A stretch of 64,000 bases of DNA from a virus (IMGVR_UViG_3300050166_000025:87112-151111); one strand, 5' to 3'; counted from the first letter of the stretch, positions 1-10,851 are shown. Translations and numbers: made by a program. Notes: generated by a model not told the origin, from the sequence alone.

Positions 1-28
1 TTAATGTATAGATTTATAATTTTAAAAA

Positions 29-568
29 TTAGGCAATAGTTGCACCATGGCTACCAACGATAAACCATTTAGTTCCAGCAAATTTAAGTGAAACTCCACC
101 ATTTGCACCGATCGTTAATGAAGTTACTCCAGCAATGTTGGTAACACTGACAGCAACAGATACATTATCTGATAATAAAAAGATCTCTTGTCCTTCATCT
201 CCAATATTTAAGTTAACTGAAGAAACTGCAATTTTATAAATGGCATGAACAAAAGCATTTGCGTTTGGTAAGTCACCTGATGCAATGTTTTTAACTGAAA
301 GATTAGAACCAGCGCCTAACGTAAATTTAGCGTTGATCGCGGTTGGAACAGCCGAAGTTAAAGCAGTATTGCTAATTACAACTTTCCCAGCTGCAACGTT
401 AACAGAGCCAAATGCGGCACTGCCAGACAATGCGATAGACTGATTTGTTACGTTTAATAATCCAGCGATGTCTGCTAAATCACTATTAATAGCTGTAAAG
501 TTGTCGTTGATAACAACTCTAGATGATGATACGCTATCAGTACCTAAAATTTGTGTAATGTTTGCCAT
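29..568 (-). CDS. putative virion structural protein
   Basis: ORF ending the baseplate operon; ATG at 568 (MANITQI) preferred over TTG at 577; small-residue, beta-rich composition. Confidence 0.55.
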   Translation of the reverse strand: MANITQILGTDSVSSSRVVINDNFTAINSDLADIAGLLNVTNQSIALSGSAAFGSVNVAAGKVVISNTALTSAVPTAINAKFTLGAGSNLSVKNIASGDLPNANAFVHAIYKIAVSSVNLNIGDEGQEIFLLSDNVSVAVSVTNIAGVTSLTIGANGGVSLKFAGTKWFIVGSHGATIA

Positions 569-577
569 TTTGAACAA

Positions 578-3349
578 TTATTTTATAGTTAAAATATTTC
601 TTTTAATATTATTTGTGTTTCCGTTACAATCGGTTAATTCTAATTCCAATGAGTAATCTCCCCTACTCGAAAATAGGTATGTTAGCCATTGATTATTATA
701 GTATATATCACCGTCATTTTTACTATTATTGGTTAGTTTCCAAGTCTGTTTAGCAATGCCCGGCATTTTAGTTTGATCGAATGAGAAAACAACATGTGTT
801 AATATTGAAATATCTTGATGACCTGTTATAAATCTAACGTCATTATAAGTAGGATTGTATCCTTTATAATTAATCTTTCCATAAACTAGGCCTCCATTGT
901 CCACAAAATAAACATCCGTAAAGTCGTATGATGAAGAATATTCTTTACCAGCTGCCAAAATAAATTCACAAGAATCTTTAATGCCGTCTGAATTACTATC
1001 TTTAAACGCTGGGTTGAATATAAACTTAGTTAGCAAAGGATACTGTTTCTTATCTAATCCGTTTAATTCGCTTGCAACATTCTGCCAAGCTGTCACGTCA
1101 TGCAAATCAGCGGGGTACGTAGATTGAATTAGATAGCTTTCAGTTTCTTCTAAACCACTAGCCTGATTAAACCACTTAATAGTTAGTGCTTTATTAGTGT
1201 GGCCCTGATCTTGTCTTATATCTAATAAGAATGATGAGTTTTGATCAGCGCTAACTCTAGTCATATCCCATGACAAATTATTAGCATCATTCCACGTTGC
1301 CTCCTTCAAGTACTTCCAAACATAAGGGCCTGGAGTTTCTGAATAACCGGTCGGTGAATTAGCGTCAACGTATCTTCTAGTGATTGAGAACTGATGACCA
1401 GCTGATTCGTCAATAGTATAGTTTGCTCTGTCAAGTGTTAGGTACCAAGTTGCAATAGCATCTCTGATTTCCGTTGGATTTTCTTGTGGAAAATCATATG
1501 TTCCACCGGCTCTATTGAATTGAATATTGTAATCATTCCAAGATTGAACCTCCTCTTTCTTCTCATACACTCCATATATGTCAACATTTTTACATTTGAC
1601 TTCTATTGCGTCGTGTTTAATACTCGCGCTTCTAGCATTGTATAGATCATGAAGAGTTAAGATCACATCATATTTACCGGCGTAAGGTAAAATAAATGGA
1701 AACTCATACATTTCTCCAATGGTACCTGAAACGGTTTGCATAAAATCATTAGGTCCAATCACTGTCCATTCTGCCTCGTAAACTCCTTTATACCACCAAT
1801 TATCCATTGATAATAGACTTGAGTCAATGCCAGTGTAATCATTAGATGCAAATCCAGCATCACTCCAAGTGAAGTCAGCTGCATCCCAACTTTGCGGAAA
1901 AGAATTACATTTTAAAATTATAGGACAACCGATAGGTGTCTTGTCTAAAATTGGAAATGTAGTAAGCTCATTATTATAATAAGTATCATAAAATGCAATT
2001 ATTTCATTTTTTGCTAATTCGGCTGACGTATCAATCGTAGACTGACTAAAGTCTATGTTGACAAATCTAAGATCCTCTATAAAAAGAGGTCTCTCTGGCC
2101 AAACTGTAAAATCAACTTCAACTCCAGAATTCTGAACTTGAATGCTGTGCTGGTTGTTCCAGACTGATTGTTTAAACTGAGAAAAGTAATCAGCTTCTCC
2201 AGTAATATCTACAATTTTTGCTTGTAGTGGTAAGTATTCTCTTTGTAATTTTTTCTTTAATCCATAGAGCTTAATTAAAATTTCGTCCGGAGAAAATTGT
2301 GTAATTTCTTTAGTTTGAGGAATATCCCACTCATCTAAGACACCGGTGGCCTCATTTATTCTGTACGATAATGAAAAGCGGCTAGTCTTTTTGTGATTTG
2401 AACTAGGCAATTCAACATTAGCTGACTTTTCAGCTAAAAAACCTTTACTGTTTTGGTTAGGGATAGCAACGGCTTTTAATTTTCCAAAATTAGAAGATTG
2501 CTCGTTGATGTTTAACCAGTATTCTTTAAGAGTTAGGTTATCGTAACCATAAAATTTAATTGCGTTTAAGATGGCTTTATATGTTCCAATAAATGGAGCA
2601 ATATTATGTGCCTCTAATAATAATTCTTTACGCTTGTTATTGATTAGTTGCCAGTCAATTGCCAATTCATTCACATCAGAGTCTCTGAAGATAATCGTGT
2701 CATCCTCGTTAACCGAAAGTCCCATGTTTGATAGTAACACTGCTAATCTTTCGTCTTCCGCTACAGTCTCACCATAAAACTTGATGGCTGCTATAGTGGA
2801 AGTAACTACACCATTCTCGATCTCATAGATATTAAGAGTTCTAACGTGTATAGCTTCATCGCTAGAGTTTATTGCAACGTTACAGTGAAGAGCCTCTTTA
2901 TTATATAAAGAATCAACACTCTTGTATGATATGTTTTTAGTTACATGATTTGCGCTAGAGTTTGATTCTTGATACGATACTATTCCTTGATTAACACTGG
3001 AATTTTGCATATCTAAATCTAGAGAATCCTTGACATTAATCAAGTATGTTCCATCCGCGTTTAACGTAGCGTCATATATAAAGATAGAATCACTAGAGCC
3101 AGATTCTTCTATAAATTCAAATTTTAATGTAGTTGAATTTTCATTTTCAGAAATAGGCCTAATGTATTGTATGTCACCTGATTCAGTGATAACTTCTTCG
3201 AAAATAAAAAGATTAGAGGTTTCATACAGTCCAGTTGAAACCCTAGGCATGTAAACGTGACCAGACCAATATTGTGATGTTTCATCATAATAAAAATCAA
3301 GTTCACCGGAAATACCATCAAAAAATCTTAGGTTTTGATATTTTAACAT
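578..3349 (-). CDS. large baseplate wedge protein (gp7-like), C-terminal PKD/Ig-like segments
   Basis: 923 aa; 'GTYKAILNAIKFYGY..L.LKEYW' wedge-like motif; 'GKYDVILT' and 'GDYSLELELTD' PKD-like strands; downstream of gp6-like gene. Confidence 0.55.
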   Translation of the reverse strand: MLKYQNLRFFDGISGELDFYYDETSQYWSGHVYMPRVSTGLYETSNLFIFEEVITESGDIQYIRPISENENSTTLKFEFIEESGSSDSIFIYDATLNADGTYLINVKDSLDLDMQNSSVNQGIVSYQESNSSANHVTKNISYKSVDSLYNKEALHCNVAINSSDEAIHVRTLNIYEIENGVVTSTIAAIKFYGETVAEDERLAVLLSNMGLSVNEDDTIIFRDSDVNELAIDWQLINNKRKELLLEAHNIAPFIGTYKAILNAIKFYGYDNLTLKEYWLNINEQSSNFGKLKAVAIPNQNSKGFLAEKSANVELPSSNHKKTSRFSLSYRINEATGVLDEWDIPQTKEITQFSPDEILIKLYGLKKKLQREYLPLQAKIVDITGEADYFSQFKQSVWNNQHSIQVQNSGVEVDFTVWPERPLFIEDLRFVNIDFSQSTIDTSAELAKNEIIAFYDTYYNNELTTFPILDKTPIGCPIILKCNSFPQSWDAADFTWSDAGFASNDYTGIDSSLLSMDNWWYKGVYEAEWTVIGPNDFMQTVSGTIGEMYEFPFILPYAGKYDVILTLHDLYNARSASIKHDAIEVKCKNVDIYGVYEKKEEVQSWNDYNIQFNRAGGTYDFPQENPTEIRDAIATWYLTLDRANYTIDESAGHQFSITRRYVDANSPTGYSETPGPYVWKYLKEATWNDANNLSWDMTRVSADQNSSFLLDIRQDQGHTNKALTIKWFNQASGLEETESYLIQSTYPADLHDVTAWQNVASELNGLDKKQYPLLTKFIFNPAFKDSNSDGIKDSCEFILAAGKEYSSSYDFTDVYFVDNGGLVYGKINYKGYNPTYNDVRFITGHQDISILTHVVFSFDQTKMPGIAKQTWKLTNNSKNDGDIYYNNQWLTYLFSSRGDYSLELELTDCNGNTNNIKRNILTIK

Positions 3350-3352
3350 GCG

Positions 3353-3631
3353 TTATTTAACTTTTTTGTACGCCTTACCAACCGTGTATGATTTATAAAT
3401 TTTTAAATATGTAACTGCGTTTATATATTTAACTAAAATATCTTGCAGCAGTATTATAAAATCTTTAACGTACGCATTTCTAGAAATAGAAGAAGAAGTA
3501 TTTCTAAAAATAATATCTTTAGCAAAATTTCGACCTAGGTTCTTTCTATCGTCTTTGATTTGAGATTGAACGTCATATATGCTCTTTTTATTAGCACCAA
3601 ACAAACCATCATGCAAGTTACTATTTGCCAT
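3353..3631 (-). CDS. hypothetical protein (baseplate operon)
   Basis: 92 aa ORF, 1-nt overlap with gp6-like gene. Confidence 0.6.
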   Translation of the reverse strand: MANSNLHDGLFGANKKSIYDVQSQIKDDRKNLGRNFAKDIIFRNTSSSISRNAYVKDFIILLQDILVKYINAVTYLKIYKSYTVGKAYKKVK

Positions 3632-5451
3632 TAAATTGCTTTTCTATTTTGAGTTTGTATCTTTGTAAATATTGTATTAGGTACAGCTGGCTCATCAAAG
3701 TAAACTGAAAGAGCAGCTTGTTCTCCAAGTCTAGCGTCATCATTTACCATAACCGAATCTCTATCTAACCAACCACCTCTGAATATTGCAACTTCTTCCT
3801 TGCCTAAGATAATGTCTCCGAACGAATCCATCGCAACAACTGATTCAGGAAGAGCGTCACCTGGAGCAATATTGATTTTTGTTTGCTTTGTAGTCTTCTT
3901 AAAGAATACATATTTTTGTTTTCCATTACCAATGCTTTCTAATACTGGTGTTGATGGAGTAACAATTGTCGTATCTACTGTGTAGTATCCTAGTCTTCTT
4001 GCTGTTTCTTCGGCCTCTGACACAAATCTCAAGTTGACCGAATCAACTCCTTCAACCGCTTCAATCACTGCAATCAAATCAGATTTAGGCAATCTATCTC
4101 TTCTGGTAATGTTTAATAGGTATTGAGAAACTTTACTTCTAACTTCATTAAATAATTGTGCTTTAGAATAGCCTTCAAAATATCTAAGTTTAATATCAAC
4201 CCTAAATCTCTTAACAATAGGATCTACTATTTTAACTTCAGTAGTGACCATTTGTTGACCAGATTCAGATAAAACTCCTAGTATCGCATTCTTTTGATCT
4301 TGAGAAAAGAAGAATTCTTGTGTTGAAATGCTAAAGTAATCCTGATTAGAAGTCAACTTCTTTTTAATGTCAGGTAGCATGAATAGGTAAATGACATTGT
4401 CATCATCTAAATATCCATCATCTGTTGTATTGTATGCATCTAAATAAGAAAACATTCCATACTTAGATAGAAAGTATTCATAATTTTCAGGTGTTGCTAA
4501 AACAAAAGATTTAGACGCGAGTGGCGCGATTAATTTAGTTAACGCAATATCTTCTACGTCTGCTCCCATTTTTGGAGCTAACGTGCATTTTAATTCTAAT
4601 ATGTCATTTAAGTTGTATGAATTTCCAGAAGAATCATATCCAACATCCTGAAATTTAAAGGTTAAATCTCTCGAATCAACCATATTTCCAGCAGTTCCTC
4701 TAGTAGAAATGTAACTAATATCAATGCTGGCTCCTAATTGCGGCTCTTTTCCTAGTGAATTATTTCCAAAATATATGTCTAGGCCTCCAGTGACAGCAGT
4801 TTTTACTAAGTATCCTTTAGTATCAGGTTGCATGTCATACAGAGATTCATACTTTGTCCACTTCTCACCGTTAACTGAAACTCTAACTGAATCATGATCA
4901 GTTGTTCCATTTGTAATAATATTAAATGATTGCAATGCTTCTCCGGTTCCGGTAACAGTTTGATTCTCTAATTTACCCTGAATAATAGGAATAAACATAT
5001 AAGCAGAATTAGATTTTTCAATTCTAAACTGATCATTATTCGTTCTTAGTAGGTAAGATAATCCGTTTGAATTAGAAACAATTGCAGAATTAGCAGGTAT
5101 TGTGATAGCGTCTCCTGCAATTTCATTGATTGCACCCGTATTTAATCTAATAGCAATTTCACCAATAGCGCTAGCTCCTCTATACGCATCATGGCCAGTC
5201 AATCTTGCCAAACCATAGACCGATTCAGGCTGTTGCGCCGTCAAGATATTTTGCTCAACCGTTGAGTCTTCAATATAGAAAAAGATCAGCTCTCCAAGTT
5301 CATGTATTACCTCTAATACTTGCGCAAAAGGAGACGCAGAAGTAAACATTTCTCCTAAACGGCCATACAGTCTAGAGATATAGGTTCTAGTGTCTGCGAT
5401 CGTCTGAGACGCTAGAATTCTAGATGTTTGTAAAAATTTTAAATCTGCCAT
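3631..5451 (-). CDS. baseplate wedge subunit, T4 gp6-like
   Basis: 'EQNILTAQQPESVYGLARLTG', 'IYFGNNSLGKEP', 'Y.STRGTAGN' motifs; follows gp25-like gene. Confidence 0.8.
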   Translation of the reverse strand: MADLKFLQTSRILASQTIADTRTYISRLYGRLGEMFTSASPFAQVLEVIHELGELIFFYIEDSTVEQNILTAQQPESVYGLARLTGHDAYRGASAIGEIAIRLNTGAINEIAGDAITIPANSAIVSNSNGLSYLLRTNNDQFRIEKSNSAYMFIPIIQGKLENQTVTGTGEALQSFNIITNGTTDHDSVRVSVNGEKWTKYESLYDMQPDTKGYLVKTAVTGGLDIYFGNNSLGKEPQLGASIDISYISTRGTAGNMVDSRDLTFKFQDVGYDSSGNSYNLNDILELKCTLAPKMGADVEDIALTKLIAPLASKSFVLATPENYEYFLSKYGMFSYLDAYNTTDDGYLDDDNVIYLFMLPDIKKKLTSNQDYFSISTQEFFFSQDQKNAILGVLSESGQQMVTTEVKIVDPIVKRFRVDIKLRYFEGYSKAQLFNEVRSKVSQYLLNITRRDRLPKSDLIAVIEAVEGVDSVNLRFVSEAEETARRLGYYTVDTTIVTPSTPVLESIGNGKQKYVFFKKTTKQTKINIAPGDALPESVVAMDSFGDIILGKEEVAIFRGGWLDRDSVMVNDDARLGEQAALSVYFDEPAVPNTIFTKIQTQNRKAI

Positions 5452-5464
5452 TTTCTTTTTTATT

Positions 5465-5818
5465 TTATATTACAACCTGAACCTGATATCTTGAATCAAT
5501 CACGACATCGATAAAAATTGCATCTCTTTGCGTTCCACTTAAAAACTCAACTGTTGTTTTTACATCATACTTTTGAGCTAATGGAACAAACAATAACATC
5601 TGTGTGTTTATTTCGGACTCTATCTGACCAGCGTTATATGTAAATTCATACACTAAATCTTCAAGACTGCATCCAAATTCTGGATTTCCCAGCACATCTC
5701 CTTTATTTGTAAATAATACAAGTTCAATCTGTGCTAGCAGCTGTGCTATTTCACTTTCAGATTGTAATTTGTAAGGATCAAAATTAGGGTCGTCTACTGA
5801 TTTAATATAAAATTCCAT
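5465..5818 (-). CDS. baseplate wedge subunit, gp25/GPW-like
   Basis: 'LFTNKGDVLGNPEFGCSLEDLVYE' matches gp25 family pattern. Confidence 0.85.
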   Translation of the reverse strand: MEFYIKSVDDPNFDPYKLQSESEIAQLLAQIELVLFTNKGDVLGNPEFGCSLEDLVYEFTYNAGQIESEINTQMLLFVPLAQKYDVKTTVEFLSGTQRDAIFIDVVIDSRYQVQVVI

Positions 5819-5833
5819 GGTTTATATATTTTC

Positions 5834-6673
5834 TTACGAGTGCATCATCCAGTCAGTGCCTTCATCTGATTTAATCTCTTCAATTACTTTATCCAGCTCA
5901 TCTTGACCAAGAGATTGTATTGCATCCGCGTTAACTTTAATTCCACCCGGTAGAGTATAGTCAAAAATAGACATTTTATTTCCTAATGAAATTTTAACTT
6001 TTGCCGAAACGTATCTAAAGAATGCTTCGTCATCGAAAAGAGCACACTCTGGAATAGTTTCATATACGTTTAAGATCACATCTTTCTTTGGGTTTAAACC
6101 AGTGAATCTAATCTCATGTGTTAGCTGATTATAGTGATAGCTGATAGGGCTCTCTATGATCTGTCTCGTTAAGTCAAAATAACTTTCATTAATTACATAG
6201 TATTGTAAGTTTTCAGCACCTGCGACTGTTCCTGTGCCACCATATAAACCACCGTATAGCATTCTTTCTAGTGCAAAGTCACCGGTAGTAAATTTAACCG
6301 AGGTTCCAGCTCCATATCTTGAACCGGTTTGTCCAACACCAAATACAGAATACACTTCTCCGCCTCCGGTGGTAGGGTCCATTTTGTCAAGTGTTAAGCT
6401 TCTAGTTCTTTTAAAGTATTCAGTCTCAAAAATAGCGTACGGTAAGTAATAAAAGTTCTCTCTCATGCTATACTCGTAGTTCTTATAGAACCACTTCTTA
6501 GCACGTTGCACTATATTATAAACCTCCTTTTTGGGTAAATTCATTGGGATCATACAAGAACCCGTTACGTCATCGGCTATACTTTTTAAGAAGTCATCTA
6601 GGCACATGCTGTTCCATGATGGCGGAGTTGTCTCCGTTCCCATGTCACCACCTACATTAAAAACATCACTCAT
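5834..6673 (-). CDS. neck protein, T4 gp13-like
   Basis: C-terminal 'LPGGIKVNADAI...G..ELDK' typical of gp13 neck proteins. Confidence 0.7.
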   Translation of the reverse strand: MSDVFNVGGDMGTETTPPSWNSMCLDDFLKSIADDVTGSCMIPMNLPKKEVYNIVQRAKKWFYKNYEYSMRENFYYLPYAIFETEYFKRTRSLTLDKMDPTTGGGEVYSVFGVGQTGSRYGAGTSVKFTTGDFALERMLYGGLYGGTGTVAGAENLQYYVINESYFDLTRQIIESPISYHYNQLTHEIRFTGLNPKKDVILNVYETIPECALFDDEAFFRYVSAKVKISLGNKMSIFDYTLPGGIKVNADAIQSLGQDELDKVIEEIKSDEGTDWMMHS

Positions 6674-7994
6674 ATCTTGCTTGGTTTTTTATTACGTTTA
6701 CTATTTTATTAGAAGTCACTATCTCAACATCATTGAATTTAGCTGTCTTAGGTTCATACATACCCTCTCTGAATATTCCACCTTGCATCTCGCCTTTAAG
6801 AACTGCATCGCTCCCATAGAAGTAGCAATTTTTAAGAACGCAACTCGTTGCAACATGAGAAGATCCAACCTTTGAATTGTTAACCTGTGTACTCTGATAA
6901 AAATTACAATTTCTAATATCAGAAGATTTTACATCACACTTAAAGAAATCACAATGTGTTAATTCACCTTGAATTGAACATGCAACAAACTCATACCCTT
7001 CTAGTTCAAAGCAGTATGGTAAATTACCTTCGTTAATTTGAATTCTTCCAGTGTTAGAGTCATAGTTGATATGTCCTTTTTCCATCTGTCCATGTGTAAA
7101 TAGTCTAGATACTGACTCCTTAATTTGAGGCCAATACAAGTCTATTACATTTGGATCATTGTTTAAATCAACTGTAAATTTACATTTTGGGAAATTTTCA
7201 CTGATTTTTTTCCAGTCAACTCTAAGTTCGATGATCTTCTTGTTTTCAGCCAAGATTCTCTTTAACTCCAGTTTATTTGAAGGGTTAAATGCGTTTTCGG
7301 TGGCTGAGTTCCAGAGCTGAATCATAAAAATGTCGAGCATATTCAAAATCTTTGCTGGCTTTTTATGCCAATCTTCACCGCCTAAGTATCTAAACTCAAG
7401 ATAGTTTTTCTGTAACTTATCAAAGTTTACACCGTAATACTTGGTCTTTGGAAAAATAAAATTATTTTGGCTAATCTGCTCTCCATTATAAGTATAGGTT
7501 TCAACTCTAGGAATAACAAATTTGATTGATTTAGCGTAAGCTGAATCTTTTCTATTCGGAAATGATTTCCAAACAAGATCTTCATTAAAATCCAAGATGA
7601 ACTTTAGTGGGCTCATCTTGGAGATTAGGTTTTTATTGCCTGACAGTTTAGAGTCAAAGCTTAAATTTAAGTGTATTGAAGAACGTTCAGTTGTGTAACC
7701 GTTCTTTTGTATCCATTCGCATACCTTGATAATCATCAGCCTTGCAGCCGAATAAGGCATTGCGCCAGTTACCAACTCTATTAGTCCGGCGCCTCCAGAC
7801 ATATCTGGCTCCATTTTAAATTCGTCAGCTGTTGGCTGAAATGGGCTGTGTGCTTTCTTTTCTACTCTTATCTTCTTATTTAGCATCTCGCCAACGGCTT
7901 TCGCAGTGTCTTCAATACTAGTATTAGAATAGAACTCGAATTCAACTCCTACGAGGCCTTTTGATAAGATTTCAGAATCTTTAAGATTAATCAT
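6666..7994 (-). CDS. putative amidoligase (glutamine-synthetase-like COOH-NH2 ligase) with C-terminal beta-repeat tail
   Basis: GVEFEF, ELVT, SSIHLN, KYYGVN, LEFR motifs; C-terminal Cys-rich pentapeptide-like repeats. Confidence 0.75.
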   Translation of the reverse strand: MINLKDSEILSKGLVGVEFEFYSNTSIEDTAKAVGEMLNKKIRVEKKAHSPFQPTADEFKMEPDMSGGAGLIELVTGAMPYSAARLMIIKVCEWIQKNGYTTERSSIHLNLSFDSKLSGNKNLISKMSPLKFILDFNEDLVWKSFPNRKDSAYAKSIKFVIPRVETYTYNGEQISQNNFIFPKTKYYGVNFDKLQKNYLEFRYLGGEDWHKKPAKILNMLDIFMIQLWNSATENAFNPSNKLELKRILAENKKIIELRVDWKKISENFPKCKFTVDLNNDPNVIDLYWPQIKESVSRLFTHGQMEKGHINYDSNTGRIQINEGNLPYCFELEGYEFVACSIQGELTHCDFFKCDVKSSDIRNCNFYQSTQVNNSKVGSSHVATSCVLKNCYFYGSDAVLKGEMQGGIFREGMYEPKTAKFNDVEIVTSNKIVNVIKNQARYE

Positions 7995-8044
7995 GCGATA
8001 TATACAGTGAATATTTTCTATTTCACTATATATATCACTGATAA

Positions 8045-9259
8045 TTATATTAACTTCAAGAATACTTTTCTTGTAGCCTCATCAATTCTAGTAACGGTTA
8101 CCGTAATTGGATCTCCTTTCTTAATAGAAGCAATATCAATTCCTTCTAATTCTGATACGTGTAATAAGCCAACAATACCCTCTTCGATTGTTACAAAGAT
8201 ACCATAATCTTTAGTGGCTTTAACGCTACCAACTACTTGGCTAGGAACTGTGTATCTTTCTGCGATACCAATCCATGGGTTTGCTTGTTCTACTATCTCG
8301 ACCTGTGTAAGGGTGATCTTCTTTTCAGAGATAATTTCTTTAACCTTAAAGGTAATCTCTTCTCCAGGTTGAATCTGGCCAGCTGACAGACGCTTTGATA
8401 ACTCAACGTTTAAGTCATTCACGTGGATCATACCAGTTAAACATCCGTTAAATTCAACGAAGACACCGAACTTAGCTGTTCCTGTAACAGTTCCAGTATA
8501 TTCTGTCTCTGCAGGAGCTTCATTTAATTTATCAATCGCGACAGGAATCATCGCCTGTAAATATTTTCTATGTGATACTACGATAGTTCCTTTATCAGCT
8601 GAGAAACTAACTGGCACAACATACATTTCTGTTCCGATGATAGATTCAAAGTTAGATAGTTTGTTAGCTCCTGCTAATGAACCTGGCATAAAACAGTCAA
8701 TGCCTTGTACATTAACAATGTATCCGCCACCTGGAATCATTTGAGTTACTGTTCCAGTATATGCAGTTCTACCTGATTCAATTGAATTACGTAATTCTGC
8801 AAAAATAGCTTGTCTAGTTCCTTCGGTTACTGAACCTAAAATAAATCCTTTAGTGATCTTGTCTCCTAAGACTTTAATCATAAACTCTTTACCAGGTTGA
8901 ATTAATTTTCTAAATTGAGGTGATTCTTTTTCTAAATCAATATACGCTAATTCTCTATAACCAATATCGATCATAGCCCATTTTTCAGAGATAGAGTAAA
9001 CTGTTCCAGTATGATGTTCTCCGATTAAAACTTGATTTAATAGAGAATTAGAAGAAACTCCCATAATCATGTTATAGAGCTCTTGTGCATAGTTACTGCG
9101 AGAGTAAACTTTAACGCCTTCTGAAACTTTGATTTTTTTGTTGCCTTGTCTTAAAGCAGAAGGGCAATCTGCTGAATACTGATCCCAGTCAAAATTAGGA
9201 TCGGGTTGTCTCCAAGAAATTTGTGAACTTGTTGACTGATTTTTTTTTGTTTCTAACAT
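8045..9259 (-). CDS. rpsA: 30S ribosomal protein S1-like, about four S1 domains
   Basis: S1 repeats (CFMPGS; FGVFVEF..GMIHVNDL; YGIFVTIEEGIVGLLHVSEL); N-terminal FDWDQY resembles Bacteroidetes bS1. Confidence 0.8.
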   Translation of the reverse strand: MLETKKNQSTSSQISWRQPDPNFDWDQYSADCPSALRQGNKKIKVSEGVKVYSRSNYAQELYNMIMGVSSNSLLNQVLIGEHHTGTVYSISEKWAMIDIGYRELAYIDLEKESPQFRKLIQPGKEFMIKVLGDKITKGFILGSVTEGTRQAIFAELRNSIESGRTAYTGTVTQMIPGGGYIVNVQGIDCFMPGSLAGANKLSNFESIIGTEMYVVPVSFSADKGTIVVSHRKYLQAMIPVAIDKLNEAPAETEYTGTVTGTAKFGVFVEFNGCLTGMIHVNDLNVELSKRLSAGQIQPGEEITFKVKEIISEKKITLTQVEIVEQANPWIGIAERYTVPSQVVGSVKATKDYGIFVTIEEGIVGLLHVSELEGIDIASIKKGDPITVTVTRIDEATRKVFLKLI

Positions 9260-9300
9260 TTTTTGTTAAGTTAAAGTGTGAATATGAATTATATAACTGT

Positions 9301-10851
9301 TTACGAGACTGGTGCTTTGAAAATCAAAAGGTTCCATTTTGTAGCCGGTTTTGAAGCATACGCAAAATAGGTTCTGTAGTTGGTAATGTGATCAGTGATC
9401 CATTTGTGACCATCGGAGCCTGCGTGTAAGCCACCAGTAAACATCTGAGTGTGGCCATATATCTTGCTAACTTCAGTAGAAGGTCCGTCTACTGCCCAGT
9501 AAGATACAACATCTCCTATGTCAAAATCCCGACTCAATAGAGTTTGAATTTCTGATTTGCTCATTTCTTTTCCGCCTGCAACTAGATCATATCCAAGATT
9601 TTTTAAGGCTTGAATATATCCAATACCATTTGCGTTTCCACCGGCATTGAAATTAGCACCTTTAGTCATCTGTTTACCGGATAAACCTTGAACGTAATTT
9701 CTGGCTGTGTTATAAGTATATCTTGCGCATTTACCGTTTGATCCACCAAAGGCATGAGTAGCTTGTACTGCTTTTATGATAGAATTTTTAGCTTTATCGC
9801 TAGCATTTCCGTTGTAGAATGAAGTAGAATTATCGTTACCGTTGAATTTTCCACCATCATCATCCAATGTAGCTTCTGCATCAGTAGTAACTCCAGTATA
9901 AGAAACCGGGGCATCATTTTCATTCAATATCAATTCGTCTGTTGTACTATAAGTAGAAGAAGATTGAGTAGAATTAGCGTCTGCAATAACTGAACCAGCG
10001 CTTTTATTACTTGATGTTGGTTTTTCAGGCTGACCTTTTTGAGGATTTGTGCTAGGTGCAACTGGAGATGATGTCTTACTTGAATTATTTGAGGCATTTT
10101 CGCTTACAGTGGTAGGCGCTCCACCACTAGATTGGCCACTAGATGAGCTGGTACTTGGCGCAGCTTTAGATTTAAACTGTTTAATAGATTCAAGTTTTGA
10201 CTTATCGGAGCTAATATTAATTACCTCGGGTGGTATTGGAGCTGACGTAGGAGATCCATTTGGGGTTAAATGCTTGTGTGTAATAACAGATTGCATGAAT
10301 CTATCTAATATCTTTCTTAGCGTTTCTCCCTTTACGGCCGGCTCACTCTCATCATTCCAGTTAGATGCGATAAAGATGTTATCTGAATTTAAGAAAATTT
10401 TACCGTCATGAAAACGTAACATTGGCGCGGAAGACTTGCCTTCTCCCGTAGTCAATACTAAGCCGTCTTCTTTACTCACATAGAATCTAAAATTTCTAAG
10501 TGCGTCATACGCTAGTGCAATGGTATTTTCGGGTTCAGTAGAACCAGCCAATACTTCATTTTTTAATTCTAAATTTTGATTAATTTGACAAGAGTATAGG
10601 GGTAGGTATATGTTACCGTTGTCGAATGTGATAGCAACTATGTCTCCTTTTCTAGGCACAAAATGCTGACCTGCTCCCATTGAATTAGCAGGACTAGCCC
10701 ATGGAATAGCCTCTATGGGTAATATATCGAATTTTCCAAAGACGTTGACCTTACATCTGCCATTATTAAGAGGGTCTTTGTTATCAACCACTTGACCAAT
10801 CCAATGAGTGTCTCTGATATTGTCAGAACCTAATTCGTATTCAGTTGCCAT
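9301..10851 (-). CDS. baseplate spike/hub, gp5/VgrG OB-fold, with C-terminal CHAP/NlpC-P60-like amidase
   Basis: 'GQVVDNKDPLNNGRCKV...IPWA...VP.KGD.V.I.FDNG'; HKH spike-tip motif; S/T-rich linker; C-terminal CARY...GHTQ...WITD. Confidence 0.8.
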   Translation of the reverse strand: MATEYELGSDNIRDTHWIGQVVDNKDPLNNGRCKVNVFGKFDILPIEAIPWASPANSMGAGQHFVPRKGDIVAITFDNGNIYLPLYSCQINQNLELKNEVLAGSTEPENTIALAYDALRNFRFYVSKEDGLVLTTGEGKSSAPMLRFHDGKIFLNSDNIFIASNWNDESEPAVKGETLRKILDRFMQSVITHKHLTPNGSPTSAPIPPEVINISSDKSKLESIKQFKSKAAPSTSSSSGQSSGGAPTTVSENASNNSSKTSSPVAPSTNPQKGQPEKPTSSNKSAGSVIADANSTQSSSTYSTTDELILNENDAPVSYTGVTTDAEATLDDDGGKFNGNDNSTSFYNGNASDKAKNSIIKAVQATHAFGGSNGKCARYTYNTARNYVQGLSGKQMTKGANFNAGGNANGIGYIQALKNLGYDLVAGGKEMSKSEIQTLLSRDFDIGDVVSYWAVDGPSTEVSKIYGHTQMFTGGLHAGSDGHKWITDHITNYRTYFAYASKPATKWNLLIFKAPVS

